A program made the position numbers and the translations under genes. A stretch of DNA of 64,000 nt from an uncultured Eubacteriaceae bacterium. Its GTDB lineage: Bacteria > Bacillota > Clostridia > Eubacteriales > UBA1433. Of this stretch, positions 20,230-28,347 are shown piece after piece. The notes beneath the pieces were generated by a model, which was not told the DNA's origin, did not search any database, and saw only the letters and a program-made list of their open reading frames with translations. Position 1 is the stretch's first letter; every line of letters starts with the position of its first letter. The stretch covers positions 1,239 to 65,238 of the forward strand of contig CAZOOZ010000010.1 in NCBI GenBank assembly GCA_964581565.1, given 5' to 3'.

Positions 20230-20281
20230 TGAATAAAGAAAGGAGAATGACTTATTCGTATACTGGATTCCGTCTTTTATG
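20230..20281 (+). repeat. 52-bp direct repeat, copy 1 (left flank of the DUF262 cassette)
   Basis: TGAATAAAGAAAGGAGAATGACTTATTCGTATACTGGATTCCGTCTTTTATG, 51/52 identical to 22566-22617. Confidence 0.95.
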
Positions 20282-20477
20282 AAAGTATGACTTGCACAAG
20301 GCGCTTACAAACGCAACATTATAGAGAAAAAGACAGAAGAAATTGTCAAAATAACTTATTACAGAATAACCTCTTTAAATACATTAAAGATTTTAGCGGC
20401 ATATATATCGGTTTTGAAAAAATATATGAAAAATATTTAGATTAAATCTGCATGTGATATTGGAGGAAATATAGATT

Positions 20478-20777
20478 ATGAATGATAAACAGTTTGATAA
20501 TGCCTTTACCTCTGCCGGAGGATGGTTTATTCTAACACAGTATGAAGAAATTGCAGCTTGGAAAAGCAGTACCACAGAGTTAGTGGACTATATGTTTTCT
20601 AAGGGATTTGATTCGAAACGTAGCGGGACTAGAACTCGTGTATCGTCTGTTTTAAGGTTGATTGATAAAATGCGAATAAAAGAAGCTCTTGAAAAAATAA
20701 GAGATTCAAAAAGGATAAATCAGCAACATCTAGAAGCGGAAAAACTTGCTGTTAAAATACTTAAAGAAAGATTCTAA
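20478..20777 (+). CDS. Hypothetical 99-aa protein, no recognisable motif
   Basis: ORF with SD GGAGGA 9 nt upstream of the ATG. It ends 34 nt before the DUF262 gene. The C-terminal half is charged and helical-looking. Confidence 0.6.
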   Translation: MNDKQFDNAFTSAGGWFILTQYEEIAAWKSSTTELVDYMFSKGFDSKRSGTRTRVSSVLRLIDKMRIKEALEKIRDSKRINQQHLEAEKLAVKILKERF

Positions 20778-20811
20778 AAATTATTGTTAGCAGAAGGAGG
20801 GTAGAAACTAA

Positions 20812-22557
20812 ATGGCATTTCAAACACCGTTGACGATAGCGGAAGCCGTAAAAAGTATAGATGCTAAAAAGTATTTATTGCCGTCCATACAAAGAGAATT
20901 TGTGTGGAGCGTTGAGCAAATTGCAAAGCTGTTTGATAGCTTAATGCGAGACTATCCAATCGGCTCTTTTCTCTTTTGGGAAGTGGAAAAAGATAAATCA
21001 AAAGAATTTGTGTTTTATGAATTTTTGCGCGACTATCATCAATTAACAAAACGTCATAATAAAAAAGCGAACTTAAACGGTTCAGAGAGCGTAACTGCAA
21101 TTTTGGACGGACAGCAGCGATTGACTTCGATATACATTGCACTAAAAGGCACCTATGCCTACAAGCTCCCCAATAAACGATGGGATAATAAATCAGCATA
21201 TCCTACTCGGCAATTTTATCTGAACTTACTTAACGAAGCTGAAGAAACTGAGTATCTATATAATTTTGATTTTTTGACGGTAGAAGAAGCAAGTAATATT
21301 GACGATAATCACCATTGGTTTCCTGTTGGCAGGATTTTAAATATTAAAGAACCGAGCGATGTCAACGAATATCTTATTGAGCATGATTTATCATCCAACG
21401 TCGACAAGGAAAAAGCCAAGTTTGCTAACAAAACATTGTTCAAGCTGCATTGGATTATTCATAACTACCCCACTATCAGTTTCTATCAGGAGAAAAGCCA
21501 AGAGCTAGACAAGGTGCTGAATATATTTATCCGTGCAAATAGCGGTGGAACCCCCCTTAGCTACTCCGATTTACTATTATCTTTTGCATCGGCACAATGG
21601 GATAAAAAAGATGCACGGGAAGAAATCAATAAGGCGGTTGATGAAACAAACGAAATAGAGCGAGGTTTTAACATCAATAAGGACTTTGTCTTAAAGGCTT
21701 GTCTTGTACTGTGCGATTTTCCCGATATTTCCTTCAAGGTGGACAACTTCAATCGAACAAATATGATGAAGATACAGGACGAATGGGACAATATTACAAA
21801 GGCAATTCGTAGTGCAGTTCGCTTGATTTCCAGCTTTGGATTTAGTCGTGAAAACATCACTTCTAATAACCTGATTATCCCGATAGCATATTATTTGAAA
21901 CATATCGGTTTGCCCGATAATTTTGAGGTTAGTAGTAAAACGGTCAAAGACCGGATTATTATAAAAAAATGGTTTGTACGTGCCCTACTTAAAAGAGTGT
22001 TCAGTTTTGCACCAGACGGCGTTCTCAACCCCATTAGAAACCTCATAAAACAACATGGATATAGTGGCTTTCCTTTCGAGCAAATCGTTGACCGATTTAA
22101 GGGAACAAACCGTACATTGCTCTTTGCAGAAGAAGATATCCGCAACTTGCTTTTCTCAAAATATAGTCATGGAGATACGCTCATTCTCATGTCCATTCTT
22201 TATCCATGGGCTGATATGCGGAACAATTTCCATGTAGACCACATATACCCCAAATCTGCTTTTACTATCAAACGCTTAGATAAGCGCGGTATTATAGGTG
22301 ATACCGCGCAATTCTACATGGAAAACTATAATTATTTAGGAAATCTGCAATTACTCGAATCCATCCCCAATATCGAAAAGAGCAACATGGATTTCGATGA
22401 ATGGATAGAAAATAATATTGCAGAAGAATCATTAATCGATTACAAACAAAAACATCTTATCCCACCGAATATTTATTTAGCGTTTGATAATTTCGAAGAG
22501 TTTTTTAAAATGCGTGAACAATTGATTTATAAGACATTACTTGAAGAATTAGGGTGA
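20812..22557 (+). CDS. DUF262/DUF1524 protein (GmrSD-type, putative modification-dependent type IV restriction / anti-phage nuclease)
   Basis: N-terminal PSIQREFVW and DGQQRLTS (DUF262, ParB-like NTPase). C-terminal HVDHIYPKS...LGNLQLL...NIEKSN (His-Me finger, DUF1524). SD GAAGGAGGG. Confidence 0.8.
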   Translation: MAFQTPLTIAEAVKSIDAKKYLLPSIQREFVWSVEQIAKLFDSLMRDYPIGSFLFWEVEKDKSKEFVFYEFLRDYHQLTKRHNKKANLNGSESVTAILDGQQRLTSIYIALKGTYAYKLPNKRWDNKSAYPTRQFYLNLLNEAEETEYLYNFDFLTVEEASNIDDNHHWFPVGRILNIKEPSDVNEYLIEHDLSSNVDKEKAKFANKTLFKLHWIIHNYPTISFYQEKSQELDKVLNIFIRANSGGTPLSYSDLLLSFASAQWDKKDAREEINKAVDETNEIERGFNINKDFVLKACLVLCDFPDISFKVDNFNRTNMMKIQDEWDNITKAIRSAVRLISSFGFSRENITSNNLIIPIAYYLKHIGLPDNFEVSSKTVKDRIIIKKWFVRALLKRVFSFAPDGVLNPIRNLIKQHGYSGFPFEQIVDRFKGTNRTLLFAEEDIRNLLFSKYSHGDTLILMSILYPWADMRNNFHVDHIYPKSAFTIKRLDKRGIIGDTAQFYMENYNYLGNLQLLESIPNIEKSNMDFDEWIENNIAEESLIDYKQKHLIPPNIYLAFDNFEEFFKMREQLIYKTLLEELG

Positions 22558-22565
22558 AAAAACAT

Positions 22566-22617
22566 TGAATAGAGAAAGGAGAATGACTTATTCGTATACT
22601 GGATTCCGTCTTTTATG
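22566..22617 (+). repeat. 52-bp direct repeat, copy 2 (right flank of the DUF262 cassette)
   Basis: Differs from copy 1 by a single A/G at repeat position 7. It starts 9 nt after the stop of the DUF262 gene. Confidence 0.95.
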
Positions 22618-22698
22618 CTTAGCAAAGGCTAGAGTATAAAAGATAAAAATTTACCAACCTTTGCTTAGTCCTGCTATTGAATAGAAAGGAGAAGCAAA

Positions 22699-22965
22699 AT
22701 GGGCTATATAAAAGCAGATGAAGTTCTGCCCGAAATCTTGCTAAATCAATTGCAAAACTATATCGATGGGAGATATATCTACATCCCGCGTAAAGAAGAA
22801 AATAAAAAATCGTGGGGCGAGATCACAAAAAGCCGGCTATACACCTCTCAGAGAAACACAGAGATTTATAACAGATACAAAGCCGGAAGTACGGTCAAAG
22901 AATTAGCAGAAAAATATTATTTATCTGTAAAAACTATTTATAAAATCATTGCAGCTAAAAATTAG
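22699..22965 (+). CDS. Small HTH protein (Mor / CD3324-like family)
   Basis: 88 aa. C-terminal STVKELAEKYYLSVKTIYKII looks like a sigma-70 region-4/Mor-type HTH. SD AAAGGAGAA 7 nt upstream. Confidence 0.55.
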   Translation: MGYIKADEVLPEILLNQLQNYIDGRYIYIPRKEENKKSWGEITKSRLYTSQRNTEIYNRYKAGSTVKELAEKYYLSVKTIYKIIAAKN

Positions 22966-23089
22966 ATTTTAAAAAGCGTCAGACGAACTTTATGGCGCTT
23001 TTTTATTTGTCAAATAAGTTCGAGAACACAAACCAGTAAAATATAACTATAATAAAGCTGTAGAACAATACAAACGGAGGCTAAAACAA

Positions 23090-23797
23090 ATGGAATTTGG
23101 AAATAACACCTATTTTGACAAAGATTTTCTTTTGCAAAACCTGATGGGTCCCAATTGCGTGCGCATACTTGATGAGCTCGCCGGCAAAATAGAAATAAAT
23201 CAGGGCGCGCGTATTTTGGATCTGGCCTGCGGGTGCGGCCTTACTTCCATCTATCTGGCAAAAGAATACAGCGCGACCGTTTATGCGGCAGACCTTTGGA
23301 TCAGCCCGACGAATAATTATAGGCGGGTTGAGCAATTCAATCTTGAAGATAAAATCATACCCATCCACGCCGAAGCGCATAAGCTGCCTTTTGCACACGA
23401 ATATTTTGACGCGGTGATCTGCATAGACGCTTTTCCCTATTTTGGTGCTGAGCAGGATTATCTCGATAAACATCTTATTCCGCTTGTAAAAAAAGGAGGT
23501 ATCATTGCAGTAAGCATACCGGGTTTAAAAAAAGATTTTAGCTCCGGTGTTCCCGAAGAGATGCTGCCTTTTTGGCAAGATGATATGAATTTTTACACAC
23601 TGGGCTGGTGGAAAAGCCTTTGGCAGCAATCAGAAAACATAGAGCTCCTGCACGCTTTTTCTCACTTCTGTCATGATGAGGCTTGGGCTGAATGGTTAGA
23701 ATCACCACATCCTTACGCGAAAAGAGATATAAAAATGATGGAAGCCGAAGGAGGCAAATATTTTGATACGATCGGGCTAATTGCGAAAGTGAAATAA
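23090..23797 (+). CDS. Class I SAM-dependent methyltransferase
   Basis: Motif I ILDLACGCG, followed by an acidic residue at the end of strand 2 (AADL). Confidence 0.75.
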   Translation: MEFGNNTYFDKDFLLQNLMGPNCVRILDELAGKIEINQGARILDLACGCGLTSIYLAKEYSATVYAADLWISPTNNYRRVEQFNLEDKIIPIHAEAHKLPFAHEYFDAVICIDAFPYFGAEQDYLDKHLIPLVKKGGIIAVSIPGLKKDFSSGVPEEMLPFWQDDMNFYTLGWWKSLWQQSENIELLHAFSHFCHDEAWAEWLESPHPYAKRDIKMMEAEGGKYFDTIGLIAKVK

Positions 23798-23822
23798 TCG
23801 TTTTTTTTCAACAGAAGTAAAG

Positions 23823-24599
23823 TCAACTTATATTCGACAGGTATTCAAACGGCGTTATCCCATATACGCTTTTAAAATGCCTGTTCAAATGCGTTAAATC
23901 AACAAAACCGCATTCGGCAACCGCCAGGTAAATATCTTTTGTGCTTTCGATTACTTTTTTTGCATATTCAACTTTGCAGTTTAAATAAAACTGATAGGGA
24001 GATATGCCCGTATTCGCCTTAAAAGTTCTTATAAATTGATATTTTGATATTGAAAGTTCTCCGCAAAGCTCATCTAACTTCATTGTTTTATCTGCTTTTG
24101 CCCAGATCATTTCCTTGGCCTTATAAATCATTTTATTTTCTTTTTTGACGGGAGTATTTATTTCTACCTGCTTAAAACATCCTGCAAGGTCTAAAAGCAG
24201 CTCACTGCACAACATCTCATCTTTGTCGTTGAATGCTGCTTTAATGACATTTAAAATACTGCATTCCAGCCTGCGGTTATAGACGATCGGTTCAGAAAAT
24301 TTGATATAATTTTTTTGCCCAAGTAACTGTAAAAAAAGCTTCGGGTGAATATAAAGCATAACATAATCGATTCCTTCCTCATCCTGCGCTCTTCCATCGT
24401 GTACCTGCTGCGGATTAAAAAGCATGACTCCATCTCTGTAAGAAGACTGCACGCTTCCATCCAGATTATATTGTTGTATGCCACGCAGTGTTACCCCCAA
24501 AGCGTATTCCTCGTGGCAATGTTTTTTATATTTAAAATCAGAAAATCTTGCCGCAAGCGCAGTGATATCGGCTGTTTTTTTATAAATAAATGTATTCAT
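23823..24599 (-). CDS. AraC family transcriptional regulator
   Basis: N-terminal cupin-like sensor (HCHEEYALG) and C-terminal double HTH (ISKYQFIRTFK..., HLNRHFKSVYGITPFEY). Confidence 0.85.
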   Translation of the reverse strand: MNTFIYKKTADITALAARFSDFKYKKHCHEEYALGVTLRGIQQYNLDGSVQSSYRDGVMLFNPQQVHDGRAQDEEGIDYVMLYIHPKLFLQLLGQKNYIKFSEPIVYNRRLECSILNVIKAAFNDKDEMLCSELLLDLAGCFKQVEINTPVKKENKMIYKAKEMIWAKADKTMKLDELCGELSISKYQFIRTFKANTGISPYQFYLNCKVEYAKKVIESTKDIYLAVAECGFVDLTHLNRHFKSVYGITPFEYLSNIS

Positions 24600-25201
24600 A
24601 CGCCTCCCCGTTTTAATAATTCAATAATCCCCGATACTTCTATTGCAGAGTAGGCCAATAATAAAGCTAGTATTATGTTAACCGCTTTTTGATACTTTTG
24701 CAAAAATCTTTTAAAAATCGTTCCAAACAATGCCCACGTTGTAAGCGCGCAAAATGCTATGACTGCAACAAGAAGCGCATACGCCAAATATGCAGTCACC
24801 GACTGATAATACGGCATGATAAAGCTTGGAATAACCGTCATCGTAAAGATCCAAACTTTGGGATTTGCAAACTGCATAATAAATCCGGATACAAAATTCG
24901 CAGTTTGTTGAAAATTTTTATTGGATACATGCATTCTCGATACCTGATAAGCAAGATAAAGCATGTATGTGCAGCCGATCACTTTCATAACGAGCAAAAT
25001 TTTAGGAATAAACCCGACAAGGGCACTGTTAAAAACAACAGAGATTATCAGAAGTGTTGTAAGCGCGCTGCCGGCGCCGAGCACATATCGAAATGTTTGC
25101 TTCAGCAGACAATTATTGGCAATCGATAATATGGCAATATTCGTAGGACCCGGTGTGAAAGTTACAATGATGCAATAAACAATAAAAGATGCAATATTCA
25201 T
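24596..25201 (-). CDS. LysE/RhtB family amino-acid exporter
   Basis: 201 aa, about 6 TM segments, N-terminal TPGPTN motif. ATGA overlap with the araC-family gene. Confidence 0.8.
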   Translation of the reverse strand: MNIASFIVYCIIVTFTPGPTNIAILSIANNCLLKQTFRYVLGAGSALTTLLIISVVFNSALVGFIPKILLVMKVIGCTYMLYLAYQVSRMHVSNKNFQQTANFVSGFIMQFANPKVWIFTMTVIPSFIMPYYQSVTAYLAYALLVAVIAFCALTTWALFGTIFKRFLQKYQKAVNIILALLLAYSAIEVSGIIELLKRGGV

Positions 25202-25297
25202 AAATCATTCTCCGAAAATATTTGTTTATGAATTCTACACCTTTATTATAAAGCCGTATAGTATAATATTGCGGATTTTAAATATTTGCCGTTATCT

Positions 25298-25645
25298 TTA
25301 ACGTTTTACTCTTTTGGCTAAAAACATATTGCCGATAGAAATCAGGACAGCAATAAAAATATTCACCCAAAAACTTGTGATATAAAGGCTTCCGATAAAT
25401 TTATCCATAATCGAAACCATCGCAGCATTGACAATAATGCTGAAAAGCCCCAGTGTCAGAAGCGTTGCAATGATGCTCACGATTTGCGCAATCGGACGAA
25501 TAAAGATATTAACGAGCCACAGCACCGTTCCTGCTCCGAGCAAAATAAGCGGATTCGCGTCAAGCAGCATATAGTTTGGAAAAAGCAGCAACGCTATATA
25601 TAATGAAATGCAGCAAATCAACCACTTGATTATTATTCTCATCAT
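25298..25645 (-). CDS. YvlD-like 4-TM membrane protein (phage holin family IV / DUF360)
   Basis: 115 aa, four hydrophobic segments with the family-typical layout. Confidence 0.6.
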   Translation of the reverse strand: MMRIIIKWLICCISLYIALLLFPNYMLLDANPLILLGAGTVLWLVNIFIRPIAQIVSIIATLLTLGLFSIIVNAAMVSIMDKFIGSLYITSFWVNIFIAVLISIGNMFLAKRVKR

Positions 25646-25657
25646 TTTTCCTCACTT

Positions 25658-25981
25658 TTAATAAAATTTGATTTTTACCAAAACCCCGTCGGCATCAACC
25701 GAGCAAAGTTCCCACGGCGCCTTGATGAAAAATAAATCTTTTATAATCAAATGCGCGCACGTCATAGACGAATGCACCGTTTGAAACGATACTTTGCTTT
25801 TTGCATCTGCCTTAAGCTTTGCTTTCTTAGGCATAAACAAAGCGGCAAAATCCATCATATCCAATATCATATCAGAAAAACCGTAAATAATAAACAGTGG
25901 CAGCGGCAAAACAAACCTGATTTTTTTTCCTTTCGTTATTTTAATATTGATCAACAGAAACAAAGACGGCCTACTCCACAT
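25658..25981 (-). CDS. Hypothetical protein, paralogous in pattern to the C-terminal half of the upstream SHOCT-like protein
   Basis: I trimmed the ORF to the ATG at 25981 (MWSRPSL). It shares the K-x-[IV]-x-[FV]-x-[IL]-P-L-x-L ... V-x-V-x pattern with 25971-26390. Confidence 0.4.
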   Translation of the reverse strand: MWSRPSLFLLINIKITKGKKIRFVLPLPLFIIYGFSDMILDMMDFAALFMPKKAKLKADAKSKVSFQTVHSSMTCAHLIIKDLFFIKAPWELCSVDADGVLVKIKFY

Positions 25982-26390
25982 ACACACGCACCTTAGATGC
26001 TTCGTCGCCTTCAATGTCAACATTTACGATATCTTCTTCTGCGGCAGCATCAATCAATTCTTCAATACTGTCCATAATGCCTGCAATATCTATGCCCTTT
26101 TTATTCATTTCATCCTGTGCTTCTTTAGGCATATTCTTAGAGACTATAGGACCGATCGTGCGCACAAGCGAAAGCGGTATATTGACGTTTACCTTAGATT
26201 TTTTATTGTTTTCTCCTGCGTCGATGTTCACTCTTAACTTTGTTGGTTTTCTTCCTTGTTTTCCTTTCAGCGCTACAGGTTCTGCTATACTCTTATCATT
26301 TTGTTCAAGTGCATCAAGAAGTTTTGCGGCTTCCTCTACCGTAATTTTCCCTTCGCTGACCATATTGAGTATTCTTGTTTTATCATTCAT
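25971..26390 (-). CDS. SHOCT-like / YvlB-N-terminal-like domain protein
   Basis: N-terminal ILNMVSEGKITVEEAAKLLDAL is the SHOCT-like helix pair. Confidence 0.55.
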   Translation of the reverse strand: MNDKTRILNMVSEGKITVEEAAKLLDALEQNDKSIAEPVALKGKQGRKPTKLRVNIDAGENNKKSKVNVNIPLSLVRTIGPIVSKNMPKEAQDEMNKKGIDIAGIMDSIEELIDAAAEEDIVNVDIEGDEASKVRVYVE

Positions 26391-26404
26391 TTTTTCTTTC
26401 TCCT

Positions 26405-26779
26405 TTAATGATATTTTTTTAAAAGTTCAGCTGCTTCACCGGCTGTGATTTCTCCGCTTTCCAGCAAATCCAGTACATCGGCCGTTGTCATAGCGGCTAC
26501 ATTTTTGATCTCTTCTTCTTTAAAAAGCGTCTTAATCAATTCATCCAACAGACCTTTTACAGTCGGATAAGAGATCCCCAGCGCTTTTTCGACTTCCTTT
26601 ATATTGCCTCGGCATTTCAGAAACGTATCTAAAAAAAGCCTCATTCTCTCATCGAGCGAGCAGTACATGCAAGGCTGAAAAGCCCCGTTGATATCCGTTG
26701 CGCATTTAGGACAGCTGAGTTTTGTGACATTTAATTTTTCTCCGCAGACGGGACAGCGCGAAGGCATGATATATTCCAT
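26405..26779 (-). CDS. DUF2089 family protein (zinc ribbon + HTH)
   Basis: CPVCG...CPKC zinc ribbon, the HTH GISYPTVKGLLDEL, and a C-terminal SHOCT-like tail. Strong SD. Confidence 0.7.
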   Translation of the reverse strand: MEYIMPSRCPVCGEKLNVTKLSCPKCATDINGAFQPCMYCSLDERMRLFLDTFLKCRGNIKEVEKALGISYPTVKGLLDELIKTLFKEEEIKNVAAMTTADVLDLLESGEITAGEAAELLKKYH

Positions 26780-26944
26780 AATTTTTCCCCTTTCCTTTGA
26801 TTAAAACTTAATCTACATTCATACTATACAGCATAAGCTTAAATGTGTCAATATAATTATTAATTTTTTTAATAATTATATTGATATTATTAATATTTAA
26901 GTAAAATATATCTAATTTTTTATTAAAGATCGTTGATTTTCAAA

Positions 26945-26980
26945 TAATAAAAACGCGGCAAGTTTCTTGCCGCGTTTTTA
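26945..26980 (-). terminator. Rho-independent terminator after the enolase-superfamily gene
   Basis: ACGCGGCAAG-N3-CTTGCCGCGT with flanking A/T runs. Confidence 0.8.
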
Positions 26981-26996
26981 TTATTACTTCTTTAGA

Positions 26997-28214
26997 TTAT
27001 TCAATTGTCCATTTTTCACAGTGCGTCAGCGCAAACTCACTGAGTTCCGCACCGATACCAACAGCTTCAGGCACTTTGAATTTACCGTTTACCGGTTCGT
27101 AGTCCATGGTGCACAGTTCTTTCATGTATGGTCTGAACTGAACCACATGATGTTCATGAATGATGAAATTCGGAATGACCGATTCAAAGTTAAGCGCTGT
27201 TGCAAGAGTAAGCGCTGTGCCGCAAACATGCGCCTGGATACCGATATCATAAATATAGGCCATATCCGCTATCTTCTTTGCTTCAGTTATGCCGCCGCAG
27301 TTGGACAAATCGGGCTGGAGCACTTGCAAAGACAAGTTTTCAATATACGGGGCATACTGCCAGCGCGAAAAGATTCTTTCACCGCTGCCCATCGGAATAC
27401 CCAAAGCATCCGCCACATATTTTTGCATCTTCGGAGTCGGCGTACAGGGTTCTTCGTAGTAGAATATGTTGTATTTTTTAATTCTCTCACCGATCTGCAC
27501 TGCTGACAGCGCATCCGTGAATGAATGACCTTCGACGATTAAGTCTACCGTAGGACCAATAGCTTCTCGCACCGCCGCTACTCTTTCCTCGACCAAATCT
27601 ACATAATAAGGCTCAAGCAATCCGCAGCGTTGTTCTTCCGTAAACCCACTTCCATCCTTATCCAGCGTAAAGAAATCGATTTTAATGGCATCATAGCCTT
27701 CACTGACAGCTTTTAAGGCATTATTGACATAATCTTGTGTCTGGAATGCAGGCGTCAGCTCCAGTCCCCAGCCGAATTGCAGCTGGCTGGCATAGCATCG
27801 CAGCTCTTTTCTGCGACTTCCTCCAAGCAGTTTTGCAATCGGAACATTAAAATATTTTCCTTTAATATCCCATAGAGCCATATCAAACGCAGAAATAGCA
27901 GCATAAATAATCGGACCGCCGCTCTGTGTAAAATATCCTTGTTTATAAAACTTGTCCCAAATAACTTCATTGTCCAACGGGTCCATTCCAATGATCATTC
28001 GGGCAAAATCTCGCATCATTCCAGCTGTGCCAAGCGCCCCAACGCCAAAAAGCATGCCTGCTTCCCCGTCTCCGTAAAGCCCCTCGTCGGTGTATATGCG
28101 GCATACGATTGGCCTGCAATTTCTGTCAAAGTTCGCCCAGTCAATTTTCACTCCTCCGCCTGTGTTTTTTTGATTGGGCTTTAAAATCATTACATCAATT
28201 TTTGTAATTTTCAT
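26997..28214 (-). CDS. Enolase-superfamily enzyme (mandelate racemase / sugar-acid dehydratase type)
   Basis: About 405 aa. It has an N-terminal capping-domain pattern and a barrel with metal-ligand-like D/E/E spacing. I placed the start at the ATG at 28214, 7 nt after AGAGGAGG. Confidence 0.75.
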   Translation of the reverse strand: MKITKIDVMILKPNQKNTGGGVKIDWANFDRNCRPIVCRIYTDEGLYGDGEAGMLFGVGALGTAGMMRDFARMIIGMDPLDNEVIWDKFYKQGYFTQSGGPIIYAAISAFDMALWDIKGKYFNVPIAKLLGGSRRKELRCYASQLQFGWGLELTPAFQTQDYVNNALKAVSEGYDAIKIDFFTLDKDGSGFTEEQRCGLLEPYYVDLVEERVAAVREAIGPTVDLIVEGHSFTDALSAVQIGERIKKYNIFYYEEPCTPTPKMQKYVADALGIPMGSGERIFSRWQYAPYIENLSLQVLQPDLSNCGGITEAKKIADMAYIYDIGIQAHVCGTALTLATALNFESVIPNFIIHEHHVVQFRPYMKELCTMDYEPVNGKFKVPEAVGIGAELSEFALTHCEKWTIE

Positions 28215-28347
28215 GGTCACACCTCCTCTAATAAGAACAGTATATATTCAGGCAAAGAGACATGTCAAACAATAAATAACATATGACATTTTAATTTCTA
28301 AAAAATCATGTTAAACTATAGGGAATTGTAGTACAGGGGATTAGATT

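Noticed and set aside
20247-20282. Micro-ORFs starting inside the 52-bp repeats: MTYSYTGFRLL* at 20247-20282, and an 18-aa version at 22583-22639.
   Set aside because: The AGGAGA element sits only 0-2 nt before the ATG, too close for normal initiation. They may be relics of a duplicated gene 5' end rather than translated leader peptides.
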